Assembly: GCA_047495785.1 (NCBI GenBank)
Contig: JBLDXI010000046.1
Location: 434,001-498,000, forward strand
Length of the DNA stretch: 64,000 nucleotides
DNA from: Lepidodermella squamata
Lineage: Eukaryota > Animalia > Gastrotricha
Reading direction: 5' to 3'
The notes beneath the pieces were generated by a model. The model did not search any database, had not been told where the DNA came from, and saw only the letters and a list, made by a program, of their open reading frames with translations. The position numbers and the translations under genes are program-made. The number at the start of each line of letters is the position of its first letter. Positions within the stretch are counted from its first letter, which is position 1. Positions 35,397 through 48,407 of this stretch are shown here, piece after piece.

Positions 35397-37578
35397 ATGC
35401 GATTTTTCGAATTTTTCGCAATTTTTGTAATTTTTATTTTTGAATTCTGCGACTCGCAGTCATCGATTCCAACCCCGCCGCCTCCAACGCCCTGCCAGGG
35501 TCAAACCACGGCTGTTTCGGAGCAAGATGTTGCTAATAAATATTTTAAACCCTACGGAAAATGGCAGAGGCCGAAGCGAAACGGCAGCGAAACTGTCAAA
35601 GTCTTCATGGCATTTGTTTTCTCATCAATCGCCGACATAGTAATTCCGGAAAATTTCATAATTCATCGAAAAATTATTAAAAAATTTTCAGCATGAAAAG
35701 GAGAGAAAATTGGAAATTTCTGGATATTTAAGCATCGTAAGTCTTTATTTAAATTATTTCCTTATTTAAATTTTCCTCAACAGAGATGGATGGATGAGTT
35801 TAGGGTGTGGAAAAATGATACGCCCTATAATTGCATCGACTACGTCGGTAAGACTTTTCGCGGTTTTTTTCCATTTTTTTCGAATATTTTCTCGATTAGT
35901 TTTGCCTGCGAATGAAGTTTGGCTGCCTGATATAGCTGTTATGAACTCGGACGATCGGTATACTTTGATGAGTAAGGAAAGCGAGAAAGTTCGCGTCTAC
36001 TCGAATGGCTACTCGGTCTACAGTCCTGGTGGCAAAATTGCACTCTACTGCGAATATGACCTCACTTTGTAAGAAAAATCTCAACATTTTAAAATAATCA
36101 TAACAATAATTTCCAACAGGTTCCCTTTGGATACGCAAATGTGCGCTTTGGAGCTCGAAAGGTTACTGAAATTTCAAATTTTAAATTTTTTCATCAATTT
36201 TTTTGAAATTTTGAAATTTCAAGCTTTTCAATTTTTAAAATGTAATTTCTTCGATTTTAGCTGGCGATATACTCGGCAGTACATGAGCTTCTATTTTTTT
36301 GCCAATATCACGCGAAAATATTTCAAAGAAAACGAACAATGGGAACTGGTCGATTTTTCGCAAGCTAAGATCGACGTTACCTACCTGGACCCGGCTAATT
36401 CATTCGATCACATCGAATTCTACTTCACCATGCGGCGAAAAGTCATGTATTACATGTGAGAAAATTCCAAAATGTTGCCGGAAAAATTTGATAATTTTTT
36501 TTTTAATTAGGATGAATGTGTTGATTCCGAGTCTTTTGATCGCCCTGGCTCATTTGGCTGTTTTCGCGGTGCCAATAGGCGAACCTGAGAAAATTCACAT
36601 CTCATTTACTTGTCTCCTCGCCTATTCAGTATTTCAGGTCATGGTCATCGAAGACATGCCGAGGTTTAATTAGGAACACAGCCGATTAAATTTCAAATTA
36701 TGGATTTGTCTTTCCAGGTCAAGCGATCACATTCCGATAATTTCTATCTATATCGATCTGCAAATGGCCTACATTTCAGTATCAATGGTGAGAAATAATA
36801 TCCGAATTTTGTTGTTTGAAAATTAAAAAAAATTGAAATTTCAACAAAATTCTTTGGATTTTTTTTAAATTCTTCGGAAGCTTGAAATCTTTTAATTTGA
36901 AATTAATTTTAATTAATCAAAATCATCCGCCCGAAAATTTCAGATTTTAAAATTGAATTTTCCCTGATTTTAAACTTGAATTTTAAATTTTCCCTGATTT
37001 TAAATTTGAATTTTTGTAAAATCTCAATTTTGTAAAATTTCCCATGTTTTGCGTAGCTTGGAGAGGGCATTGCTATGTACGCTCTTCACATAGGCGCCCA
37101 TAAAGGCGTCCGATCCGATTGTTACGTCCCGCGATGGCTACTCAGCATCACAAAAATCATCGCTAAACTGCTACTTCTCGACTATAATCTACCTGAAAAA
37201 TCGTCAAAATTGCCGCAAAAAACTGTCGGTAATCAGGTCATATTGAGCCATATCGATTACAAGGGCGAAATGTGGCACGAATCTCCCATGCCATCAACCA
37301 CCTGTTGCTGCGAGCGGAAGAGAAGGAAAAGCCGTTCGGATTCTAAAAAAATTCGAAGCGTTGACGATTACGAGCCTAATAATCAGGCTAATATTGAGGA
37401 TGAAAACACTTCAAGGAACACTACGTCATCTCAGCTGGAAATCCGCGAGCTTGAATGGCAGCTGGTTGCTTTCACCCTGGAAAGACTTGTCGGTGTTACG
37501 TACCTGTTAGCTATCATTTTAACGCCGATTGTCATTTTTCTCATCTATCCTAATACTTTACCAAACCGGCATAAATAA
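35397..37578 (+). CDS. nAChR-like Cys-loop subunit (non-alpha), intron-rich
   Basis: Signal peptide, VWLPDI, Cys-loop CEYDLTLFPLDTQMC split by an intron, SWRY loop B, MRRK before M1, PEK before M2, M4 ERLVGVTYLLAIILTP; many short GT-AG introns. Confidence 0.88.
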
Positions 37579-37663
37579 TTATCTCAATTTTTGGAATATT
37601 TTCAATATTTTTCTATTTTTATTGAATAATTTTTCTAACAAGCCGTAATAAAAATTGAATGAC

Positions 37664-38900
37664 TTAATTATATTTATTTGAGAAAAAAATTCCGGAAACT
37701 AATGCTATGAAGTTCGTAAAAAGTAAAGATGCTGTTACGAATCGTTTTGCTCCGGATGAGTCGTAGTAGTTGCAGCGGGTTCGAATTGTTTCAGTTCTGT
37801 TCTTGGACGATTTGTTTGATATCGTACAACACTCCATGGTCGATCGCAGCCGGTCAGCAATCACCTGCTCGCTGCCACATTTCCACGACACATCAAACGT
37901 ATCCTTGTCTGGCACTTCATTGTCTAATTTTTGAAAATTGAATTTTTTCAAATATTTCAAATTTCGCCGTCCAATTGATAAATTTTAAAAATATTGATAA
38001 ATAAATTGATAAATTATTTTGAGAATTTGTCAATAAATTTCAAAAATTCGATTTCATTTTAAATTTCGAAAATTTCATTCCGAAAATTCAAAAATAAAAT
38101 TTTAAAATTTCAATTTCAATTTTTTGAAATTTCGATTTTCGGGGAGGTTCAATTGAATTATTATTTTTTTTTAATTCAAAATGGTTCACATAAAATTACC
38201 TGATAAGGGGTTCACAAATGTGCAGTCTTCGCGGCGTTTAAGCTGGCTGCAACAAGCCGTTGTGAAGTTTAGCGATCTGAAAAATCGATCGAATTGAGCC
38301 GTCCAAGACTTGACGCAAATTTCATCGCTAGACGTCGTCCGGTTCAACTCTCGAATAACGTTCAAAATCGACCCTGAACATAAGTTTATCATACTTTGTT
38401 CAATTTTAGGAAAATGCTATACCATCACGAGGTTCATATCGCTGCAATGTGCAAGTCGGTGGTTGATTCGGGCAACAATCGAGCCATACTTTGATCTTCC
38501 CGCCTGCTATCTCTTGATAAATCTGAAGACACCTATCTCTAACTGAATTAGCTAGGATTGGCGAGCCTAAATCCATAGGAATGGAGTTGAAAAAATTCGA
38601 TTTCAAGATGAAAAAATTTAACTCTCAGTATTTGCGATTTGGCAATTGAAAGTTGTATAGCTTGAGCAACATCTCACAGGAGGCAGAAGCAGGCCAATAT
38701 TCAGGTCAATACAGTCCTCATTTCGTCCCAAAACACCTGTCAAATTCGCTTTATAGATGATATTCACGATGATTAAATGAAAGTTAAACCTGAAAACAGG
38801 AATAAAGAAAGCGTCAGTAATACGTTGCTGTGCGGCTGCATTGGTAGCTTGCCAATTCTTGGATGAAAACTGAGTGCTGAGCGTTTTTTGCTCTGTCATC
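37664..38900 (-). CDS. Uncharacterised multi-exon, probably GPI-anchored protein with four C-x(n)-CC-x(n)-C modules (5' end uncertain)
   Basis: Four consecutive exons joined by phase-1 GT-AG introns, each with one C..CC..C motif. Ends DSSG..hydrophobic tail. Several N-glycosylation sequons. Confidence 0.65.
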
Positions 38901-39149
38901 TGTGTGTACTGCGTGCGTAGAAGGAGAAGAATTTCTTCGTGAGAGGAAAAAAAAACTAGCAAAAACTCGAGGTCATAATACATCCTAGCGTGTGGTTATT
39001 TGAGCAGTTTTTATGAGTCACCGCATGAAAAAACACAGAAATACCCGGTTAGTGAATAAGGTATTTTTCTAAGTAGATTCTAAGTAAATTTTTCTAAGTT
39101 TAGTTTCTAAACTCTAATAACCCAAAAAGGGCACGTTTAGGAAAAAGAG

Positions 39150-39420
39150 CACTGAACAGCAAGAGCGTCAAAACAGCAAATTTCCCATTTCGTGACAAAA
39201 CAGCAAAAGCGTCATAACAGCAAATTACCAATTTCGCGACAGAAAGGCATAAGTGAACAAAAACAAAAGCGACGAAACAGCAGAAGTGACGAAAAACAAA
39301 AGCGACAAAACAGCAGAAGTGACAAAACGGAAAATTTTACGTTTGGCGGCAAAACAGCAACAGAACAATGCTGTTTTGTCGCGAGTAATTTTGCTGTTTT
39401 GTCGCTTTTGCTATTATGGC
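39150..39420. repeat. Degenerate GCGACAAAACAGC repeat array with inverted copies (MULE-like subterminal relic)
   Basis: Repeated GCGAC(A/G)AAACAGC units followed by GCTGTTTTGTCGC; same motif as 23020-23170. Confidence 0.6.
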
Positions 39421-40037
39421 TGTCTGCCCAAAACAGTTGGTCAACTGGCTTTGAAGCTTCAGAGGCTTCAAATACTCTTTCACTAATTATTGTTCAAGCG
39501 AAAACCCATATTCAACCGAATTGATGAAGACCGATCTTCAAAACAGCTTCGAAATCTCAACACTCAACGCGGAAGAAGTTTTTTATCCTATATGCCCCAA
39601 TATTTCACGATTTATTAGCAAACAGCTTTCTCGTTCGGTTTCAACTTTTCGAGAAATCAGAACTTTATGCCTGAAAACTCTTTTTTATTAACAGCTATTA
39701 AAATGTAATTATTGATTGCCGCGGCAATAAACACGCAATGTTGGCCTGGCGCCGCCGCTGGTTATCGATCGATTGTTGGCGCGTCGACCGGTGAAATATT
39801 TCCGTGCTGGGATTTCCTGTGCCTGAAATATTCAAGAAAAAAAAACTAGCTAAAATCACTCGATCAGTCATGCAAAAATGGAACTGACGCAACTGCGTCC
39901 TGGCCTTGAATTAATATTTAAGTATCCATAAAAAAATTGCACTGAGAAATAATTTCAATTAAAATCAGGTAAGTAACTATGATTTACCGTTGCATTTCGA
40001 TACTCACTTGATTTAGATGTTTTTTCAAGGAAATAAA

Positions 40038-41815
40038 ATGCGAAATAACCTGAGATTTGAGCGCCTAATGCATCCAGTTTGTATTCGACCCTAAATCCTA
40101 TGAATTTCGTTTCAAAAATTGTATAATTTAGGCTCTGCTTTTGCTACTGATCTGTCACTTCGCAATTGCTGATCTGTTCTCAACAAGTAACATAAGATTT
40201 TATTGTTCCAAGTTTTGTTTGATTTGCAAGGTTTTAGCCTGCTCCAATCCAAGCGACAAATGCGGCGATAACGAAAGATGTGAAGCATTTGCTGGCTTTG
40301 TAAATTTTTATGAACCAAGCTTTTCAAAAGGCGATCATTGACCTTTTGTTCATTTCATTTCAGGACCCGCCCTGCAAAACTAAAGCTTGCATTTGCAACG
40401 ACTGTGCTAATCGAAACACATATGGAAAATGCATTCCAAGTAAGATTTCCTAGAATATGAGATGCCTTAGAGCGATAATTCAGCTCGAATTTTGACTTCT
40501 ACACATTTCTGAGATTAAGTTTCCAGCGCTAATTGTTGCCATTTTCGATAGATTGTGGCCCATTAATGAGCCTGGATTATAAGATTTTTAGCTTTTGAAG
40601 TATCGGAAAGATACTTGGAATCGATATCGGCTTGGCCTAAGATTATGGGGAAGAATAACAATTTCTCAAATTGTTGCAAGAGAGCTTAGCTTTAGGGTTA
40701 GCTAGTTGACATTCCTTCGTAATGCTGTCGAACATCCTAATTTTCAGCTAAATACATCTATAACCTCGACGACAATTGTGCGCAAAATTCGGCGACCGAA
40801 GTGATAATTATTCCGAGGGCTTACTGCAAGGAGAACAACAAAGTCGCCTGTCTACTGGACCCCGAGGGCTTCAACGGTTGTTCAGCTGGCACCAATTGCA
40901 CGCGGCTTCAATCGCGAATGCCAAAACGGGTTGTGCCTATGCACGGGCCAGAACGAGCGTTTCGACTACGACAAGGGTGGATGTCGCGAGCGGAAGTTGG
41001 GTGACAAATGCGAAATTCAAAACGACTGCGCTTCTCCAGATGGCAACAACATGATGACCTGTACGAGTGGGAAGTGCGCCTGTGACACGACGAAAACAAA
41101 TGAAGTTCAGGTTATGGTGTGGAACGATGATACGGACATTTTCGAGACGCAGTCGATTTGTTTGAACAAGAAGGCTACGGCAAATGTTAAGCAGGGCCAG
41201 CCGTGTACTGTTGCGATTGTTCAAAATAATTATGCCGAGGATTCGTTGGCTTGCGACAAATCACTCGTCTGCTTCGCGTGTCCAGAAGACAATTCAAAGG
41301 GATTATGCCGTAAGTTTTGAAGTATGAAGTATGATTCGGTCTGGGAAGAATTATGATCCAAAGTTGAAACTTTTCTGTAAAAGCATTTTTCCATAGAAAC
41401 TTTTCCCTGCCTTGAAATTGTCCCTTCGTTTCGGGTGAGGTTCTAAACAGAATTCTCTCGTTAACAATCACCGGGAAATTCCATAGTTTGACATTATTGG
41501 AAGTGTTTTGGAGGATTCACAAACCTCAAGCACGCAACCTGGGAGACCTCGAAAAATGCAAATTTTGTCCTAGTGGTGATACTGAAATTGCTCTGTTTGG
41601 TTCCAGGAAAAGTCGTCCAGCCGTTCCAAAAAACCGCAGAACAATGTGGATGGCGAGCTTTTGTATTCAATGGTACTTCACGACCGCTGGATAACGCACC
41701 AAGATACGTCCCGCCTGCAAAGGTGAAATCTGGGGCATTGAAACATCATGCCGGGGCCTTCATTACGCTATCGCTTATGAGTATTGGCTATTTATCACAG
41801 ACCACGAGCCTTTGA
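40038..41815 (+). pseudogene. Cys-rich family member B, frameshifted
   Basis: Same six-exon plan. In exon 5 the frame breaks at about 40900: GCSAGTNCT in one frame, GFNRECQNGLCLC in the next, with the SxDxC residues of the paralogs missing. Confidence 0.7.
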
Positions 41816-43781
41816 AGGGAATTTGTGAATTAAACTGAAAAAACATTGATTTCTCTGTTGCTACGCTGTTGACTGAAGATACGACATGACGTTTACAGCT
41901 CTGGTTTTGTCATACACATTTTCTGTATTTACATCTGTCGACATTTCGTAACAATCCTCAATGTCACTTTTCCTTCAAGAGAAGACTGTTGGCAGTAAAT
42001 TAGTTCGCGATGATCTTGCCGAAAGGATTTTGCACGTTTGTTTCCTTTTTCATCTTCGTTGTCAGCAATCTCTAATAGGTTGGCCATAAGAAGGTCGCAG
42101 GCTGTGACTGAAACGATCACAATACCGAAAAGTACTAGGATAATTGCTTGAAAATTCCAGAAACTGAGCAAATTCACCGTAAATTCGAAAAATGATTCGC
42201 AAGCACCGTAGAACAGTGATTCTCAAACATTTCTCAAACATTCTATAATCCAAAAAGGCTCACACGCAACTTTACCAACTCTAACAACTGTTGTTATGCT
42301 GTCTCTAAACAAGGCCTTTGTGCTTTTGATAACGCGTTTCTTGCCCTATAATGTTGTATGTTTTGCCCTTATATCCAGCCATTTTCTGTTGAGAAGGTGA
42401 GTTTTTGCATGATCGCATATTGCATCATCACGGCACAGTGCTTAAATGAAAATATCGATTTTTTTAATTGAATGAAAAATCATGGTGATTTTGGCGAAAA
42501 TTGTCACGGTTGACTAGATCTTAAATAACTGGCGAAATAACAGCTAACCGCTCAAAAATCGCCTATCAAAACCTGCGAAAAATGCGACTCAGATATTCAA
42601 AATTCAAAATGGTTCAATTTTAAACAAATTCTATCAAGTCTCAAAGTCTAAGTATAAATGCAGCCCATTCTGGCGCGATATTTGCAATGTTACGATCATG
42701 ACCTCGTTCTGGCCGGTATTATTGCTTGGCGGGAAAATTAATTTATGAATGGCGGCTCCCGTAGGTTTACTGAGAAAGCGAGTTTTTGCCTCATCGCATT
42801 TTGCATTATCGCGGCGCGGCCAGTGCTATTATGAACATATCAATTTTCGGCATTAAGCCTGCATTGGCAAGGGAGCGTGCTGCCGAAGGCCTGATTTCCA
42901 TGAAACACCCAGGAAAAAAACATGCGCCCATTTTATGATTCTTTTTGGTTAACTTTCTACGGAATACCGGGCACCAACTGCAAAAAATCCCGGTTGTTAT
43001 GCGGAAAATCCTTTTTGTTATGCAAAAGACATCCGCTGTTACATTGCTCATAAAGAATTCTCCTCAAAGATATAGGTCGATTAGCTGTGCCAATTCGATA
43101 TTTTACGATATAACGTTATAGCATATGAAAATTGAACGCACACCTGTTTTTATACAAGAAAGTTTACTGATTGCTCGCATTTTATACGTAATATTAGACA
43201 AGATGGGTTATGCTTCTGCTGCCCGGGAAAAAAGTTACACCGCTCGCAAACATACGAATTACTATGCGGCTGCGCTTATGCATGCGGGTTTTGAAAAAGT
43301 AGCGATGAGATCTTCATCCACTTAATCTAGCGTTCGATATCCTGCTAAGATTTGCTTTCGACTTACGTGGTTAATTCAACGCCGTCAATTGCCCCCATGA
43401 AGTGCTACCTCATCTCTCAGCTACTCTCCCAGTTTCCATCAAAATTTGTTGTATAATTAATTGATAACAAGAATTTGATACTCATACAGTACCCGGTAAT
43501 GCCGATTAAGGCTAAAAATTAAACATTCTCTACTTTACTGAGGTAGGACACTCTTACTGTTAACACGTCGAAAATTTCCAGGGCGTGTCATTTATAGTGT
43601 TTATAATTTAGTAGCCTGAGTTCGACCTCTTGAGGTAGAATTTTCACAGTCAGATGTCGATTTCTTCAACGTCTATATACTCTTCCATATACTCTTCTAT
43701 ACAAAAATCTATATCTAACAATACACATCTACTCTTCTATATATATAGTCTATATACTCTTCCATTGAGCTTACAAGCAGC

Positions 43782-46700
43782 ATGCTATCGAGCATTATTC
43801 TGGTGAGATGCTTTGAAAAGAGCAATTCATATTTGTTTTATGTTTCCGCTCTGAAAAAACAGATGTTGTCGCTTGCATCGAGCGCAATTGGAAAACCCAT
43901 GGGGAAAAGTAAGTCTCATGAGGTAGTTTAGAGTTTCTTTTTGGAAATGTCTTTCGGATTATTAATGGTTAATATTTACTATTAATGCTTAGATTGCACG
44001 GATGCCTCGGTGCAATGCCCAAAGTATCAAAGATGCGAATCCTTCTCGACTTTTGTAAGAAACATTGTGGAGCCACTACATCGTTGAGTTTCAGCACGCG
44101 CGCTAATTGGTCAACGGTCTTTGCATTTTGGCCGTGCAATCGACTAATAAGTTGAAATTTATTAGAATTTATTAGAAATTTATAAGTTTAAAACTGTCTC
44201 CAAGATTTCGACGAGAGAATGCAAAATTAATACATATTTCCAATTTACTACGGTGAATGATGCAGTACAGTTTATGAGACTACCCAAAAGGCACAATTGC
44301 AACCCAGCCTTCTCGGGTTAAATCATTGATCCACAGTCTTGGTACCAGTCTCAAATTACAGATCATCTTGAATACAAAAAATTGTATACTACGTTCCAAT
44401 TCATGGTTCCAACTATTTCAAGTCCTTCAAATCCAAGTTTAGTCCAAGATGGAGTCAAAAGGGAAAGGTTAAAAAGGTTTAAAACGCAATTACTAATTGA
44501 TGTTACAAATAGAAAACAGGTCCAAGGTTTATAATATCTTTCGATCAGATTTTCGATAGTCGCAAATTTCAACCAAAAAAATAGAGCGGAGTCATAGAAA
44601 CGACCCATTGACCAATTAGCGTGAACTTTCAGGAGGTGGTTTCACAATGAAGGCTAGGCAAATTGCCTGCTTGCCTCCTGCTTCTCTACTTGACTTTTCA
44701 AATCTAGGATCCACCTTGCAAGTCGAAAGCTTGCGTTTGTGAAGACTGTGCTAAGCGAATCGACGATCTGGATATCTGTCTTCCGGGTACGTTTTTCCCA
44801 TGGCATCGGAAAAAATAGATAACCATTTCTTTTATCGAAGTCACTTACATCAACTCCTTATACGACCCATGCCTCCCTGGCGTAGTCGTAACCATACCAG
44901 GCGCGGCATGTTTTTCCGAATCGAACAAAACGCAGTGCATCGTTGACAATCTGGGAAATGGCTGCGCCGCTCGGACACGATGTGGCAATGGAACTCGTGG
45001 TTTTTGCGATGGTTACAACCGCGAGTGCGTGCAAGATTGGTGCGTTTGCGTGGAGGAGAACGAGGTTTTCGACTACAACATTGGCGGCTGTGTCGCTCGT
45101 CAAATCGGCGATTTATGCTCGAAGGATTCTGAATGCGCTATTACGCGCCAATATGGCAAGAAGAACTACTTGGTCTGCCGCAGTGGCAAATGCGCCTGCG
45201 ATACGGAGGTTTCTGTTGAAACTGAGTACCGTGATTACAATTCTGAGTGGAATACCTACGATGTCAAGCGGGCGTGTCTGCACAAGAATGCCACGATTAA
45301 CCTAAAACAGGGCGAGAAGTGCGACCTTCCTGAGAACAGCCGGCCCCGGATGTGGATGGACTTAAGATGGCAATTTAACTGGGATGACGGCACGGTTCGT
45401 GTTTGCGAAAAATCACTGATTTGCTTCGCTTGTATGGAAGATGGCAGTGTGGGGTTGTGCCGTGAGTTTTGAGGTGGCTTTTCAATGTGAATTCGAACCT
45501 GGGTGGTTTATTTACCTTTTTAATGTGTTTCTGCTTTTTTGACCATAATTTTTAACTGGATTTCAACTTTTATAACCGCCTGAGTAACAGTGCTTTTACA
45601 GGCGAGGGGGAGGGGGCTCCGGCTGCATTTGAAAACCACCAGTTTGAAGGACGACGTGGCGTCAATGCGGCAAATTTAATAGATTTTTAATAATCATATT
45701 ATTATAGACGCTGCTTGGTGGGTAAAACGACGTTAGGCAGCTTTCAAAGTCTGTCTTGGATGCTGCGTTACTGCTAAGATACATGCTGGGATGTCCACTT
45801 ATTAACAGGCGTTGGTTATTTGGTTGTTAAATCATAAACAAATAACCGGGGAAAAACTTGAAAACCACCCTGTGAAAACTGCAGTAAATACCGTGAACAG
45901 CTCTGATTTATCCGCACTAGGCAAGTTCAATGGACCCATCGGAAAGTCGGCTGATCAATGCGGGCGAAAGAAATTCGTCTATTCCGGCCCGAAGCCATTA
46001 GAAAGTGCTCCATTCAAGAGCCTTTCCAGGCAACGCCTGATCAAAAGTGAGCGCACAACAATGCACTGTATAGTATCGTTAACAAAATGTTCCATTAATT
46101 AATAGATTGCACAGATGCCTCGGTGAAATGCCCACAAAATCAAAGATGCGAATCCTTCTCCACTTTAGTAAGGAATTTCTTTGATTCGCCAATTACCTGC
46201 TCTCTCTGTTTACAACCCTAAATAATCTAGGACCCAGCGTGCACGTCGAAAGCTTGCGTTTGTAACGACTGCGCCCTGCGACCATTTGAATATGGCGATG
46301 AATGTGTTCCAAGTATGTTTTTTTCTATATAAAACCGTACAATGTTTCTTTTCTTCACCGTGCAGCTACCTACATCAACTCCTTAAACTCAACCTGCACA
46401 AATACCCATGGCGAGGTTGTAACCATACCCGGCGCGGCCTGTCATTTGCAATCGAACAAAACCCGGTGCCTTAATGGTACCCAGGGCAATGGCTGTAATA
46501 CTGGGGCAAGATGCTCATCTAACGAAGATTGTTTTGGCAGCGGCCGCATTTGCGAGCGAGGTTGGTGCGTTTGCAAGTTGAAGTACCAAGTTTTCGACTA
46601 CAACACCGGCAGGTGCGTCGAACCTCAAATCGGCGATTCGTGTTCAAATAACACCGACTGTACTATTTCGCCCGATATTAAGAACTTTTTGGTCTGCCGC

Positions 46701-47278
46701 AGTGGCGAATGCGTCTGTGATACGAAGTTTTCTGTTGAAACCGAGTACCGTGAATACAATCAGGAGTGGAATAGCTTCGACGTCAAGCGTGCCTGTATTA
46801 GTGAGGAGTCCACTTTTAACCTGAAACAGGGCGAGAAGTGCGACGTTCTCGTAAACAGCCGGAAGTGGAACTTGAAGTGGAGACCGGAGTGGACTTTTAA
46901 TAGGTACTTGCGGCCCTGGGAAGACAGCAAGATTCGGGTTTGCGAAAAATCACTGATTTGCTTCGCTTGCATAGAAGATGGCGACGGGGGACTGTGCCGT
47001 GAGTTTTGAGGTGGCTTTTAAATTCGAATATGACCGTACCATTAATAATAGGCAAGTTCAATGGAACCATTGGAAAGTCGGCTGATCAATGCGGGCGTAA
47101 AGAATTCGTCTATTCTGGCCCGAAGATGTTAGAAAGCGCTCCGACTAGATCCGTTACCAGGCAACGCCAACTGACAAGTATGCACAACGATACCAGCGCC
47201 GGAAAGAACGGCGTGACTTCGGCTGTGCCCTCAGCCACAATCCTGACGGCTGTCCTGCTCGTCGTTTCAGCTTTATAG
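43782..47278 (+). CDS. Cys-rich family member C, two tandem modules
   Basis: 21-nt first exon MLSSIIL, signal exon, module 1 (exons near 43993, 44709, 44841, 45920), spliced through 46047 into module 2 (46105, 46231, 46366, 47052). Ends SGPK..SATILTAVLLVVSAL. Confidence 0.8.
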
Positions 47279-47752
47279 TAACTGAATTGATAGATCCGGC
47301 TGATTTATCTGAGGCATACTGATGATGACGAACCTTTCGAAACGCTAAAATAAATTTCGTAGTCCTAATCTGTAAATCGTAGCCAAACTGTAAATTGTCA
47401 CTTGTGCACGCAACAAATCGTATAAAGTGTAAACACAAATGTGAAGCCGTAGCTAGATGCCAGATGTAGTAATCGGCAAGCCGAAAAATTAAATTGCCCC
47501 TCTATCGAATTCTATTATGAGCGAGAATTTTACCATTTTTGACGATTATGTCCTCGCAATCAAATTAAGTCTCAGATCAACCACTCTTCCCCGTCTTCCG
47601 CCGCGTAAACCCCGACTATCACGACCACAACCACGAGTACCACCACGAGCCCCACGACCGCCGATAGCCAAGCTCCGCGGACTAGGAAAAACTTATTCTG
47701 CAGAATTGCAGAAGTCGATTGTAAAAATATTGCTCATCGCTCATAAAAATTA

Positions 47753-48038
47753 CTTAGTGGAACCATCGAATCCACAAAATCGCTATTGGCTGGGCTAAAA
47801 ATGGTTGAAAGACGCGATTGGTTAGATTTTCCAGCATATTGGCATTTTATTTCTTGAAATGTGAAAAACTCTCAGAAAAATGATGCTCGGCCACCGCGAA
47901 TCGAACCCGGGAAATTCAGGATTTTCTTTCTGTTCAAGAAATAACACGCTAAGACGCCGGAAAATCTAACCAATCGCGTCCTTCAACCATTTTTAGTCCA
48001 ACCAATAGCGATTTTGTGGATTCGATGGTTCCACTAAG
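47753..48038. mobile_element. TA-flanked MITE
   Basis: About 85-bp TIRs CTTAGTGGAACCATCGAATCC...GGATTCGATGGTTCCACTAAG, with TA on both sides. Confidence 0.8.
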
Positions 48039-48407
48039 TAGGACTCTAATTTTTTTATGTAGCGATCACGTCATTTTGACACCATGAGGTATACTTCATA
48101 CTGGAATAGGCAGGGTACGTGCAACTTTTAAAGTCACGTTGAATGACACCTGGAGGGAATGTTACGATAAAAACAAGTTGGAAAACTGTTCGTCACATGT
48201 CACATGCTGCAGATGGGGCCACAATGCCAACATTTCATGGCACCCAATGTCGACATCAAGGTCAATAGCATTTCGCTTTCGTTCTGACTAACTAAAAATG
48301 CATACTATTGTAAGAAATGAATCTTGAAACCTTGTTAGACTTACGGCCTTTAATTGTCGCCATTACGGCGGTAAAAAAGTTCACTCTCCAAGAGGTCTTG
48401 GATATGC

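Noticed and set aside
47884-47915. tRNA-like B-box (GGTTCGATTC on the minus strand)
   Set aside because: Only a T-arm-like fragment inside a MITE; no cloverleaf.
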